Shown piece by piece: positions 41,806 through 51,460 of a DNA stretch of 64,000 bases. Numbering within the stretch: the stretch's first letter is position 1; each line of letters begins with the position of its first letter. The stretch comes from Alphaproteobacteria bacterium (GTDB taxonomy: Bacteria; Pseudomonadota; Alphaproteobacteria; Bin95). Made by a program: the position numbers and the translations under genes. The DNA lies in assembly GCA_965205265.1 (NCBI GenBank), contig CBDBGH010000003.1:832001-896000 (forward strand), read 5' to 3'. The notes under the pieces are model-generated. The model was not told the DNA's origin, searched no databases, and saw only the letters and a program-made list of their open reading frames with translations.

Positions 41806-42699
41806 GTGGCGCGGGCGGAAGCGAACGGGATCGAAATTGAATATGAGTTGCGGGGACCGGCCGACGGAGAGCCGATCCTGATGATCGGCGGGCTGGGGAT
41901 GCAGCTCATCTCCTGGCCCGACGCGCTGATCGACGGGCTCGGCGAGGCCGGCTTCCGGCCGATCCTGTTCGACAACCGCGATTGCGGGCTTTCCACCCGT
42001 TTCGAGGAGGCCGGGCTTGCGAATATCGGGCGCGCCTTCAAGCAGGCGCGGGCAGGCGAGCCGGTCGATGCGCCTTACACAATCGAGGACATGGCCGACG
42101 ACGGGGCCGGCCTGCTGGATGCGCTAGGCATCGGGGCTGCGCACATCTACGGCAGCTCCAATGGCGGGGCGATTGCGCAGCTCGTGGCGATCCGCCATCC
42201 GGCGAAGACGAAATCGCTCGCCTCCGTCATGGCGACCTCCGGCCGGCGCGGCCTGCCGCGGCCGAGCAAAGCCGCCTCCGACTGGCTCAATACGCCCCGC
42301 CCGGCGGATATCGACCGGGAGACCTTCATGGAGCTTGCCTGGGAGCAGAACCGGATCATGGGCTCGCCGGGCTTTCCGCGCGACGAGGCGGGCGTGCGCG
42401 CCCGGGCCGGCGCACTCTACGACCGCGCCTACTATCCCCCCGGCCACGGCCGGCACCTGCTGGCGAGCATCGCTTCGGGCGACAGCCGCTGCGCCGCGCT
42501 CGGCGGCATTGCGGCGCCCACCGTCGTCATCCACGGCGCCGAGGACCCGCTGGTGCCGGTCGGACAGGGCGAGGACGTGAAGAACTCGATCCCCGGCGCG
42601 CGCATGGTCGCGATCGAAGGCATGGGCCATGACGTGCCGGACGGCGCCGCGCCGCAAGTCGTCCGGGCGGTAGCCGAAAACGCCCGCCGCGCGGGCTGA
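41806..42699 (+). CDS. Alpha/beta hydrolase
   Basis: FDNRDCGLS, GSSNGG nucleophile elbow, HGAEDPL, GMGHD. Confidence 0.9.
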   Translation: MARAEANGIEIEYELRGPADGEPILMIGGLGMQLISWPDALIDGLGEAGFRPILFDNRDCGLSTRFEEAGLANIGRAFKQARAGEPVDAPYTIEDMADDGAGLLDALGIGAAHIYGSSNGGAIAQLVAIRHPAKTKSLASVMATSGRRGLPRPSKAASDWLNTPRPADIDRETFMELAWEQNRIMGSPGFPRDEAGVRARAGALYDRAYYPPGHGRHLLASIASGDSRCAALGGIAAPTVVIHGAEDPLVPVGQGEDVKNSIPGARMVAIEGMGHDVPDGAAPQVVRAVAENARRAG

Positions 42700-42703
42700 C
42701 CGC

Positions 42704-43186
42704 TCAGAAAGCGAGCGCCCGGCGCATCAGGTCGAGCGCGGCCTCGGCGAAGCGCCACATATTCGCCTCGCGGTCGGCGTCGCCCGTCTCGAGCGTCTCG
42801 GCGAAGTCGATGGCGCCGGAGACCGCTAGGCAGCTGTGGCCCGGTGCATCGCCGTAGCGGTTGCCGTCCGGGCCGGCGGCCCCCGTCTCCGCGAGGCCCC
42901 AGTCCGTGCCGAAAATGCTGCGGGCCCGACCCGCCAGCAGCTGCGCATAGGGCTCGGAGGAGGAGCGCAGGCCGCGCATGTCGTCCTCGCCGATGCGCGC
43001 CAGCTCGCGCCGCGCCTCCAGCGTGTAGATGACCCCGCCGCCCCGGTAGTAGCGGCTGGCGCCCGGCACGGCCAGCAGCGCCGCCGAGACCAGCCCGCCG
43101 GACGAACTCTCGAACACTGCAATCGTCTGTCCGCGTTCCTTCAGCGCCGCGCCGATATCCGCGGCCATGCTTTCCAGCCTGCTCAT
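42704..43186 (-). CDS. CinA C-terminal domain protein (PncC/NMN deamidase-like)
   Basis: FESSSGGL, PGASRYY, ETGAAGPDG. Confidence 0.85.
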   Translation of the reverse strand: MSRLESMAADIGAALKERGQTIAVFESSSGGLVSAALLAVPGASRYYRGGGVIYTLEARRELARIGEDDMRGLRSSSEPYAQLLAGRARSIFGTDWGLAETGAAGPDGNRYGDAPGHSCLAVSGAIDFAETLETGDADREANMWRFAEAALDLMRRALAF

Positions 43187-43189
43187 GGC

Positions 43190-44578
43190 TCAATATCCCT
43201 CCGGCGTGCGGCGATGCCAGTCCGTCGCCTGCTCATAGGCCCAGCCGATGCGGAGCGCGAGCGCCTCATCGCCGTCGCGGGCGTTGACGAGCAGCGAGGT
43301 CGGCATGCCGGCGTTCGTGAAACCGTTGCGCAGCGCAAGGCCGGTCAGGCCGAGATAGTTGCCCATGCGGGTCACGGTCGCGGGCGTCGTCTTCTGGTCC
43401 ACCTCCGCGACGGGGATCGCGGCGAAGCAGGCGGTCGGCGTCAGCAGCGCGTCGATCCCGTCCATCGCGTCGTCGAAGGCCGCCATGATCGCCTCGCGGT
43501 CCAGCAAGGTCGCGACATAGTCCCGGGCCGGCAGCCGCCCGCCAGCCGCCACGCGCGGGCGCACGTCGGGGTCCAGCTGCTGCTCCTCGTTGTCGATGAT
43601 GTCCTTCAGGTGGGTGTAGCTCTCCGCGCCGATGATGTTGGCGACGAGTTCCGCGAAATCCGCCATCGCGCGCGGCATGTCGATGTCCACGACATGCGCG
43701 CCGAGCTCTTCGAACACGGCGAGCGAAGCGTCGTAGGCCGCGAGGACCTCCGCATCGAAGCCCGGCCTCTCGGAGTCCGGCATCCGCGCCAGGCGTAGGC
43801 CGCGCACGCCCCGGCGCAGCTCCGAAGTCGCGTCAGCGGGCGCCAGCCGGCGGGTCTTCGGGTCGCGCGGGTCGGGGCCCTGCATCGCTTCCAGCAGCCA
43901 GGCGCAGTCCTCGACCGCGCGGGCAAGCGGCCCCGGCGTGTCGAGGGTGTGGGAGAGCGGCAGCACGCCGTGGGTGCTGATCCGCCCGACCGAGGTCTTG
44001 AGGCCGGCCGTGCCGCAGAAGGCCGCCGGCAGCCGCACCGAGCCGCCGGTGTCGGTGCCGATGCCGCAGGGGATGAGCCCGGCGCCGACGCCCGCGCCCG
44101 TGCCGCTCGACGAGCCGCCGGGAATGCGGTGGGTGTCGCGGTCCCAGGGGTTCCAGGGCGTGCCGAGCGAGTTGTTCGTGCCCCAGCCGCCATAGGCGAA
44201 CTCGACCGTGTGGGTCTTGCCGACCACGACCATGCCGGCGGCGCGCAGCCGCTCGACAAGGGTGGCGGTGGTCGGCGAGATGCGCTCCTTCCAGATCGCC
44301 GCGCCGCCGGTCGTGACCCGGCCTTCCATGTCGCAGAGGTCCTTGACGCCGATGGGGATGCCGTGCAGCGGGCCGATGCGGTGCCCGGCCCGGATCGCCC
44401 TGTGCGCGGCCTCCGCCGCCTCGCACGCCTCGTCGGCATAGACGGCGGCGAAGGCATGCAGCTTCGGGTCGAGGCTGGCGATCCGGTCGAGGCAGGTCTC
44501 GGTCACTTCCACGGGTGACAGCCGCCCGGCGGCGATTTCCGGGGCAAGCTCGTGGATCGGGGCGAAGGGGTCCGACAT
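43190..44578 (-). CDS. Amidase signature family protein
   Basis: GVKDL, GKT, PGGSSSG, GTDTGGSVRLPA. Confidence 0.92.
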   Translation of the reverse strand: MSDPFAPIHELAPEIAAGRLSPVEVTETCLDRIASLDPKLHAFAAVYADEACEAAEAAHRAIRAGHRIGPLHGIPIGVKDLCDMEGRVTTGGAAIWKERISPTTATLVERLRAAGMVVVGKTHTVEFAYGGWGTNNSLGTPWNPWDRDTHRIPGGSSSGTGAGVGAGLIPCGIGTDTGGSVRLPAAFCGTAGLKTSVGRISTHGVLPLSHTLDTPGPLARAVEDCAWLLEAMQGPDPRDPKTRRLAPADATSELRRGVRGLRLARMPDSERPGFDAEVLAAYDASLAVFEELGAHVVDIDMPRAMADFAELVANIIGAESYTHLKDIIDNEEQQLDPDVRPRVAAGGRLPARDYVATLLDREAIMAAFDDAMDGIDALLTPTACFAAIPVAEVDQKTTPATVTRMGNYLGLTGLALRNGFTNAGMPTSLLVNARDGDEALALRIGWAYEQATDWHRRTPEGY

Positions 44579-44718
44579 GGGGCACGATCTCCTGAGGGAG
44601 GCGGGAGAGGCGCAGGATAGGGTCATCTCTGCTCCGGGGCGAGCCGCCCGCGGTATGGCGCCGGCGGCGCGGCGGGGATAGCATCGCCGCCGGCGGAGAA
44701 AACCGGGGAGGGGAGGCC

Positions 44719-45876
44719 ATGGCGGCATCCTTGCGGGGCAGGGCGGCGGTCGTCGGCATCGGCGAGACGGCCTATGAGCGCGGCTCGGACAAGAGCGCGC
44801 TCGCGCTGCAATTGGAGGCGTCGCTGAAGGCCGTGGCGGATGCGGGGCTGGAGCCGAAGGACATCGACGGCCTCCTGCCCTATGCCTCGGGCGCGGCCGT
44901 CGCCGAGGACTTCATCACCAATTTCGGGCTGGAGGACGTGACCTTCTCCGCCACCACGCCGATGGGCGGGGCAAGCTGCGTCGCGGCGATACAGGCCGCC
45001 GTGATCGCCGTGGCGACCGGGCTTTGCCGCAATGTGCTGCTGCCGATCGGGCGGCGCGGCTATTCGGACTCGCGGGTGGCGTCCCGGGTGGGCGCCATGC
45101 CGCAATTCCATGTCGTCTCGGAGTTCGAGGCGCCGTCGGGAACGCTCGCCCCGGCGCAGCTCTACGCCCCCATGGCGCGCCGCCACATGGAGCTCTACGG
45201 CACGACGACCGACCAGTTCGCCGAGGTCGCCGTCACCATGCGCCGCCACGCCATGCTGAACGACAACGCCATCATGCAAAAGCCGATGACGGTCGAGGAC
45301 CATCATGCGTCCCGGATGATTTCCGACCCGTTCCGCCTCTTCGACTGCTGCCTGGAGAGCGACGGCGGCGCGGCGGTGGTCATCTCCGGCGCCGAGCGCG
45401 CGGCGGACACGCGCCGCCCGGTGCCGGTCCTGGGCGTCGCCGAGGGCCATCCGGACTCGCCGAGTGTCATCACCCAGCGCCCGGAGATCACGCGCCTCGG
45501 GCTCGCCAAGGCCGCGCCGCGCGCCTTCGGTATGGCGGGCGTGCGCCCCGAAGATGTCGATGTCGCGGAAATCTACGACTGCTTCACCTGGACGGTGATC
45601 TGCGAGCTTGAGGACCTCGGCTTCTGTGCCAAGGGAGAAGGCGGGGCCTTTGTCGAGAACGGGCGCATCGGGCTCGGCGGGGCGCTGCCGGTCAACACGC
45701 ATGGCGGCCTGCTCAGCCAGGCGCATATCGTCGGCATGAACCATGTCTGCGAGCTGGTGAAGCAGATGCGCGGCGAGGCGGGCCGGGCGCAGGTGGCGGA
45801 TGCCGAAATCGGCCTCGTCACCGGCTATGGCGACCTCGGCGACGGCTCGCTCGCCATCATGGGGGCGGCGGCGTGA
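44719..45876 (+). CDS. SCP2-type thiolase-like protein (Ltp2-like aldolase subunit)
   Basis: DCCLESDGG, AEIYDCFT, NTHGGLLS; GGAS where thiolases have CASG. Confidence 0.85.
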   Translation: MAASLRGRAAVVGIGETAYERGSDKSALALQLEASLKAVADAGLEPKDIDGLLPYASGAAVAEDFITNFGLEDVTFSATTPMGGASCVAAIQAAVIAVATGLCRNVLLPIGRRGYSDSRVASRVGAMPQFHVVSEFEAPSGTLAPAQLYAPMARRHMELYGTTTDQFAEVAVTMRRHAMLNDNAIMQKPMTVEDHHASRMISDPFRLFDCCLESDGGAAVVISGAERAADTRRPVPVLGVAEGHPDSPSVITQRPEITRLGLAKAAPRAFGMAGVRPEDVDVAEIYDCFTWTVICELEDLGFCAKGEGGAFVENGRIGLGGALPVNTHGGLLSQAHIVGMNHVCELVKQMRGEAGRAQVADAEIGLVTGYGDLGDGSLAIMGAAA

Positions 45877-46277
45877 CTGCCGCCCGCCCGGCGCCGGAGC
45901 CGACCATCGATTCGAAGCCTTACTGGGACGGGTTGAAGGAGCGCCGCCTGCTGCTCCAGCAATGCGGCGACTGCGGAGCGGTCCGCCACTATCCCCGCCC
46001 GATGTGCGCCGAATGCCATTCGCTGGAGGTCGGCTGGATCGAGTCGTCGAGGCAGGGCCGGCTTTACGCTTGGACGGAGGTCCACCACCCCTTCGTCCCC
46101 GGCTTCCGCGAAGAAATCCCCTATGTCATGGCGACGGTAGAACTGGCCGAAGGCGTCCGCCTCCAATGCCAGATGCTCGGAGCGGAGGCGGACACGCTCC
46201 GGCTGGACCTGCCGGTGGAAATCGTCTTCCGGGAAGTGCAGGATGGTTTGGTCCTGCCGTTTGCGCAGGTCGTTTAG
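45873..46277 (+). CDS. DUF35 Zn-ribbon/OB-fold protein
   Basis: QQCGDCG...YPRPMCAECHS; PYVMATVELAEG; GTGA overlap with the thiolase. Confidence 0.9.
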   Translation: MTAARPAPEPTIDSKPYWDGLKERRLLLQQCGDCGAVRHYPRPMCAECHSLEVGWIESSRQGRLYAWTEVHHPFVPGFREEIPYVMATVELAEGVRLQCQMLGAEADTLRLDLPVEIVFREVQDGLVLPFAQVV

Positions 46278-46287
46278 ACTGCTGACG

Positions 46288-47334
46288 ATGCCTGACCTTT
46301 CGAGACTTGAATCCCTGATCGAGCGACTGGCCGGGATCGACTTCTCGCAAAGCAGCGAGCAGGACACGCGCGAAATAGCGGTGAATACTATCATCGGCGA
46401 GTTGGGTTGGGACACGCTCGACCGCAATGAGGTCGCCCGCGAATATTCGGTCCGGGGCGGGCGGGTGGACTACTGTCTTCGCAGCCAGACACGCAATCTC
46501 GTCCTGATCGAGGTGAAGCGGGCAGGTACGAACCTTGCCGAGCATCAGGAGCAGCTGCTGCGCTATGCTTTCGATGAGGGCGTGCCGCTGGCAGCGCTTA
46601 CGGATGGCCTCGTCTGGTGGCTCTATTTGCCGACGGCTGAAGGAAGCTGGGAGCAGCGGCGCTTCGCCCGCGTGAACTTCCGCGAACAACAGGCCGCCGA
46701 AGCGGCCGCAACGCTTTACCGCTTCCTCAACCGTAGCAGCGTTGTAAGCGGTGAGGCGCAGGAGGAAGCCAGGCGGGAATTCGAAAGTCAGGAGCGCGAG
46801 TGGCTCGTTCGGACCGCTCTACAAGATGCGTGGCAGCGGGTGCTGGGCGATCCGGATAGCCTGTTGCGCGAAGAACTGGCCGACGCGGTGGAGGATATAT
46901 CGGGCCATCGTCCTGACCGGGACACGATTGCTGGCTTTTTACAAAGGATGCTGGGAAACGCTGGCACAGGAGGTGAAACGGCCATTGTCCGAACAACGCA
47001 ATCCGAGGCCGCGATACAGCCGCAAAAGTCATATCGGCGTTCCGATGCTACCGACAACGATGAGGTGATGCCGAGATCGCGAGGCCCCTTGCCCATTGAG
47101 CTCGATCCGCCTCGGCAGGAAGATTTTCTGAGGATGTTGCTCCGAACCAAACGTGCGCGGATAGTCGAATTTTATCATGATGGGCACACTAAGGAGCAGC
47201 CTTGGGATGCTCGCAATATGTCATCATCTTCCAACGTTATAGGCAATATTCGAAGCCGTCCGCGTTACAGGGCGGGGGTATGGCAGCGGTCTGGAATCGT
47301 GTTGTTGCGAGTAAATGTTGAAGGGGCAAGCTAA
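46288..47334 (+). CDS. HsdR N-terminal-type PD-(D/E)xK nuclease domain protein with an uncharacterised C-terminal domain
   Basis: EQDTR...LGWD...EY...RVDY...IEVK...QLLRY...LTDG motif series; no helicase motifs. Confidence 0.8.
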   Translation: MPDLSRLESLIERLAGIDFSQSSEQDTREIAVNTIIGELGWDTLDRNEVAREYSVRGGRVDYCLRSQTRNLVLIEVKRAGTNLAEHQEQLLRYAFDEGVPLAALTDGLVWWLYLPTAEGSWEQRRFARVNFREQQAAEAAATLYRFLNRSSVVSGEAQEEARREFESQEREWLVRTALQDAWQRVLGDPDSLLREELADAVEDISGHRPDRDTIAGFLQRMLGNAGTGGETAIVRTTQSEAAIQPQKSYRRSDATDNDEVMPRSRGPLPIELDPPRQEDFLRMLLRTKRARIVEFYHDGHTKEQPWDARNMSSSSNVIGNIRSRPRYRAGVWQRSGIVLLRVNVEGAS

Positions 47335-47427
47335 TCGGAACGTCAGCGGTTCCGACGACGGCTTTCGCGTCGAACGCGCGGAACCGCCTCCGGGGCTGCA
47401 ATAGTTATGCAGCGTTGGGAACGTGAC

Positions 47428-47652
47428 ATGCTTGAGATCAGCCTGCCCGAAGACATGGAACGCCGTCTTGAACGGCTCGCGAAGGCGACGGGGCGGACCG
47501 AGGCATTTTATGCCCGCGAGGCCATTCTGGCGCATCTCGACGATCTGGAAGACCTGTATCTGGCCGAACAGCGGCTGATCGACAACCGGGCCGGGCGATC
47601 GCGAACCTACACGCTGGAAGAAGTAGAACGCGAGTTCGGTCTGGAGGACTGA
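47428..47652 (+). CDS. RHH antitoxin (RelB/DUF6290-like), no cognate toxin downstream
   Basis: MLEISLPEDMERRLERLAKATGRTEAFYAREAILAHLDDLEDLYLAE...TLEEVE. Confidence 0.85.
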   Translation: MLEISLPEDMERRLERLAKATGRTEAFYAREAILAHLDDLEDLYLAEQRLIDNRAGRSRTYTLEEVEREFGLED

Positions 47653-47720
47653 CGCCGGGTGTCGCGAGGCCCCGGCTCGGGGGCCGGGGCGACGATGTCG
47701 GGCTTGGACCGTTCCCGCGC

Positions 47721-48392
47721 TCAGACGTAAGTCACCACCTCGCCAAGCGACTTGCGGGCGATATCCGGCACCGTCGCGTTCTCGTCGGGATAGCCGGCCA
47801 CCAGCAGCAGGAAGGGGCGCTCGCTGGCCTTCGGGCGGCCCAGTATTTCGTTCAGGAACTTCATCGGGCTCGGCGTGTGCGTCAGCGTCGCCAGACCGGC
47901 CGTGTGCAGGGCCGCGATCAGCATGCCCGTGGCGATCCCGACCGATTCCATCGGGTAGTAGTGCTTGACCCGGCGGCCATCGGCCAGCCGCCCGTATCTC
48001 TGGGCGAAGACCGCGATCAGCCAGGGCGCGGTTTCGAGGAAGGGCTTGCGCTCGTCCGTGCCGAGCGGGGCGAGCGCGTCCAGCCATTCCTGCGGTGCCC
48101 TGTGGCGGTAGAACTCGCGCTCCTCCTCCTCGGCGGCGATCCTTATGCGCCGCTTCGTTTCCGGGTCGCCCACCAGGACGAAATGCCAGGGCTGCAGGTT
48201 GGCGCCGCTGGGCGCGGTCGCGGCGGCGCCCAGGCAGTCGTCGATGACGGCGCGCGGCACGGGCCGGCTGGAGAAGTCGCGCACAGTGCGCCGGCGCTTC
48301 AGCTCCTCGTGGAAGGCGCGCGCCCGCCGCGCCATCTCGTCCTCGGGATATTCCCGGTAGCCGGGCAGCGGTATGAAGGACGCTTCGGTCAT
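47721..48392 (-). CDS. Nitroreductase family, iodotyrosine deiodinase (IYD)-like
   Basis: [54 protein letters not shown]. Confidence 0.85.
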   Translation of the reverse strand: MTEASFIPLPGYREYPEDEMARRARAFHEELKRRRTVRDFSSRPVPRAVIDDCLGAAATAPSGANLQPWHFVLVGDPETKRRIRIAAEEEEREFYRHRAPQEWLDALAPLGTDERKPFLETAPWLIAVFAQRYGRLADGRRVKHYYPMESVGIATGMLIAALHTAGLATLTHTPSPMKFLNEILGRPKASERPFLLLVAGYPDENATVPDIARKSLGEVVTYV

Positions 48393-48507
48393 GGGGCTGT
48401 CCCCGAAAGCGGAAAGGCGGAGCCCATGACAGTCGCCTGTTCGCCGCCGGCGTCAAGGCGTAAGGTCCGGAACGGGCGGCGATGCGCATTATTCCCGGGG
48501 CGGCAGG

Positions 48508-50478
48508 ATGACCGAGACCTTTCCCAACCTGTTCAGCCCGCTCGCCGTCGGCAGCTACACGCTCCGCAACCGGATCATGAACACCGGACACGCCGCCCAC
48601 CACCAGTTGCCGGACGGCACGCCCTCGGAAGCCTATGTCCACTATCTGCGCGAACGGGCGAAAGGCGGCGCCGGCATCATCGTCACCGGGCATACCGTGC
48701 CGGTGTATGACGGCGAGACGACGCTGGCCTTCACGAATTTCCATGACGGCATCGTTCCGGTCTATCGGCGGATTGCCGACGCCGTGCATGAATTCGATGT
48801 GCCGGTCCTGGCCCAGCTCGGGCATCGCGGGCGGCGCGTATCCGATGTTTCGGCCTTCCTGGGACGGCCCGTCACGGCGCCCTCTGCCGTGCCGCCGCCG
48901 GATTTCTCCGTGCCGGTTTACATGCCGCACGAACTCTCCACCGCCGAGGCCGAAGACCTCGTCGAGAGCTTCGCAAAGGCCGCCCGCCGCGTGCGCGAGG
49001 GCGGTTTCGATGGCGTCGAATTGGCGGTGGGCATGGACTACCTGTTCGCCAACTTCCTCCACCCGCACGGGAACCGGAGAACGGACAAATACGGGGGCGG
49101 GACGATGGAGGAGCGCATGACGTTCCTCGGCGAGACGCTCATGGCGGTCCGCTCCGAACTGGGGGCGGAGCGGCTGCTCGGCGTCCGCCTCTACGACGAT
49201 GTCATGGATTACAGCGTGCAATTGCCGGACCTCGTCGGGCTTGCGCGGATTCTGGACCGGGAAGACCTGGTCGATTACTTCAACATCTGGCACGGGATCG
49301 TGCCGAGCCCGAGGCAGGGCCGCGCGCACTGGCCGAGCCACTATTACCAGCCGGGCGCCTTCACCTATCTGCCGGCTGCGGTGAAGGCCGTCGTCACGCG
49401 GCCCGTGGTCGGCACCGGGAGGATGGACTCGCCGGCCGTCGCCGAGCGCCTTCTTGCCGAGGGCAAGGCCGACATTGCCGGCATGGCGAAGACCCTGATC
49501 GCCGACCCGCACTTCCCGAACAAGGCCCGGCAGGGGCGCGTCGCGGACATCCGCCCCTGCATCGCCTGCACCCAGTCCTGCGTCGGGCATGTCGATCTCG
49601 GGCTCGGCGTCGGCTGCATCTACAATCCGGTCACGGGCCGGGAGAAGGACTGGGCCGAACTCCCGCCGGCCGCGGCGAGAAAGCGGGTCGTCATCGTCGG
49701 CGGGGGCCCGGCGGGCATGGAGGCCGCGCGCGTGGCAGGCGAGCGGGGCCACGAAGTCATCCTTATGGACCGGGGCCGGCGGCTCGGCGGCCAGGTCGGC
49801 CTGATCCTGAAGACGCCGGACCGCGCCAATTTCGAGGAGATCATCCTCTGGTTCGAGCGGCAACTGCCGAAATGCGGCGTCGAAGTGCGCCTGAAGACCG
49901 AGGCAACGGCCGAAACCGTGCTGGCCGCGGAGCCCGACGAGATCGTGCTGGCGACAGGCTCCACCGCCTGGCTGCCGGAAGTCGCGGGAACGGACCTGGC
50001 GCATGTCTTCTCCACCCGCGATGTCCTGTCGGGCAATGCGGCGCCCGGCGAAGCCGTGCTCGTGGTCGATACGCTGGGCCGGGCCGAGGCCGCCACGACC
50101 GCCGACTACCTTGCGAGCCAGGGGCACCGGGTCGAGCTTCTGACGGGGCTGGAGACGATTGCGCCCTTCATGCCCTCCCCGGCGCGCCACCACCTGCTGG
50201 AAAAGCTGATGAAGGCCGGCGTCGCCCTGACCACCCACACGGCGCTCTGGGAAATCGGGGAGGCCGCCGTCGAGACGTATAATGTCGTAACCTGGGAGCC
50301 GAGGACGATAGAGGGGTTCGACAGCGTCGTGTTCGGGTCGGGCGGCAAGGCCGATACAGGGCTCTACAGGGAGCTTTCGGCGCACAGGGAAGGTCTGCGC
50401 CTCATCGGCGACTGCTTTCAGCCCCGCGATATCGAGGTCGCGGTCGTGGACGGGCACCGGGCGGGGCGGGCGCTGTGA
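48508..50478 (+). CDS. NADH:flavin oxidoreductase (OYE TIM barrel + 4Fe-4S + FAD domains)
   Basis: NRRTDKYGG, CIACTQSC...C cluster motif, VGGGPAGMEAA. Confidence 0.9.
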   Translation: MTETFPNLFSPLAVGSYTLRNRIMNTGHAAHHQLPDGTPSEAYVHYLRERAKGGAGIIVTGHTVPVYDGETTLAFTNFHDGIVPVYRRIADAVHEFDVPVLAQLGHRGRRVSDVSAFLGRPVTAPSAVPPPDFSVPVYMPHELSTAEAEDLVESFAKAARRVREGGFDGVELAVGMDYLFANFLHPHGNRRTDKYGGGTMEERMTFLGETLMAVRSELGAERLLGVRLYDDVMDYSVQLPDLVGLARILDREDLVDYFNIWHGIVPSPRQGRAHWPSHYYQPGAFTYLPAAVKAVVTRPVVGTGRMDSPAVAERLLAEGKADIAGMAKTLIADPHFPNKARQGRVADIRPCIACTQSCVGHVDLGLGVGCIYNPVTGREKDWAELPPAAARKRVVIVGGGPAGMEAARVAGERGHEVILMDRGRRLGGQVGLILKTPDRANFEEIILWFERQLPKCGVEVRLKTEATAETVLAAEPDEIVLATGSTAWLPEVAGTDLAHVFSTRDVLSGNAAPGEAVLVVDTLGRAEAATTADYLASQGHRVELLTGLETIAPFMPSPARHHLLEKLMKAGVALTTHTALWEIGEAAVETYNVVTWEPRTIEGFDSVVFGSGGKADTGLYRELSAHREGLRLIGDCFQPRDIEVAVVDGHRAGRAL

Positions 50479-51419
50479 GCCCGCGCCCGCTGATCGTCGA
50501 TTGCGACCCCGGCCAGGACGATGCCGTCGCCCTGCTGATGGCCTTCGCCGCGCCGGAAGAGTTCGACCTTCTGGGCATTACGGCCGTTGCCGGCAATGTC
50601 CCGCTGGCGCTGACCGAGAGCAATGCCCGGCGGATCAGGGACCTCGGGGGCCGGCCGGAGGTGCCGGTCTATGCCGGCTGCCCGCGCCCCCTGGTGCGCG
50701 AGCCGGTCACCGCCGAGCGCATCCACGGGGCCACGGGCATCGACGGCGCCGACCTGCCGGAGCCGGGCCGTCCGGCCGAAGCGGCGCACGCGGTCGATTT
50801 CCTGGTCGAAACGCTCCTCTCGGCGCCGGAACCCGTCACGCTCGCCACGCTTGGGCCCCTTACCAATGTCGCGCTCGCCATCGTCAAGAACCCGGCGGTG
50901 CTCGCGAATCTGCGCGAGATCGTGGCGATGGGCGGGGCCATCGGCACCGGCAATGTCACCGCGTCCGCCGAGTTCAACATCTTCGCCGACCCGCACGCGG
51001 CGCATGTCGTGTTCGAGGCCGGCGCGCCGCTCACCATGATCGGGCTCGACGTGACCCACCAGGCGATTGCGACGCCGCCGAGGCTGGAGGCGATCCGCGC
51101 GCTCGGCACGGCGCCGGCGGCGGCCGTCTGCGGCATGCTCGACCTCTACGGCGCGAAGAACATGGCCGCCTACCATCACGGCGCGCCGCTGCACGACCCC
51201 TGCGTGATCGCTTACCTGCTGGAACCCGGACTTTTCGAAGGCCGGGAGATGCGCGTCGATATCGATATCGCCGACGGCCCCTGTTTCGGGCGCACGGTTT
51301 GCGATGTGCGCGGGTGCAGCGGCCGGCCCGCCAATGCCCGCGTGCTCGAACGGCTCGACGCCGACGGCTTCTTCGCGCTGCTGACGGAGCGCCTGGCGCG
51401 GCTGCCGGCCGGCGCTTAG
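50475..51419 (+). CDS. Nucleoside hydrolase (IU-NH family)
   Basis: DCDPGQDDA, LGPLTN, AEFNIFADPHAA, LHDPC. Confidence 0.95.
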   Translation: MSPRPLIVDCDPGQDDAVALLMAFAAPEEFDLLGITAVAGNVPLALTESNARRIRDLGGRPEVPVYAGCPRPLVREPVTAERIHGATGIDGADLPEPGRPAEAAHAVDFLVETLLSAPEPVTLATLGPLTNVALAIVKNPAVLANLREIVAMGGAIGTGNVTASAEFNIFADPHAAHVVFEAGAPLTMIGLDVTHQAIATPPRLEAIRALGTAPAAAVCGMLDLYGAKNMAAYHHGAPLHDPCVIAYLLEPGLFEGREMRVDIDIADGPCFGRTVCDVRGCSGRPANARVLERLDADGFFALLTERLARLPAGA

Positions 51420-51460
51420 CGGCAGGAACGACTGCTTCCGAAAGACCTGAGAGGGAAACC

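Noticed and set aside
47224-50457. 1077-aa minus-strand ORF and many other long overlapping ORFs (e.g. 646..2898, 1679..3910, 22896..24890, 52116..53981)
   Set aside because: Shadow frames of well-supported genes in high-GC DNA; Arg/Ala/Pro-rich with no family motifs.
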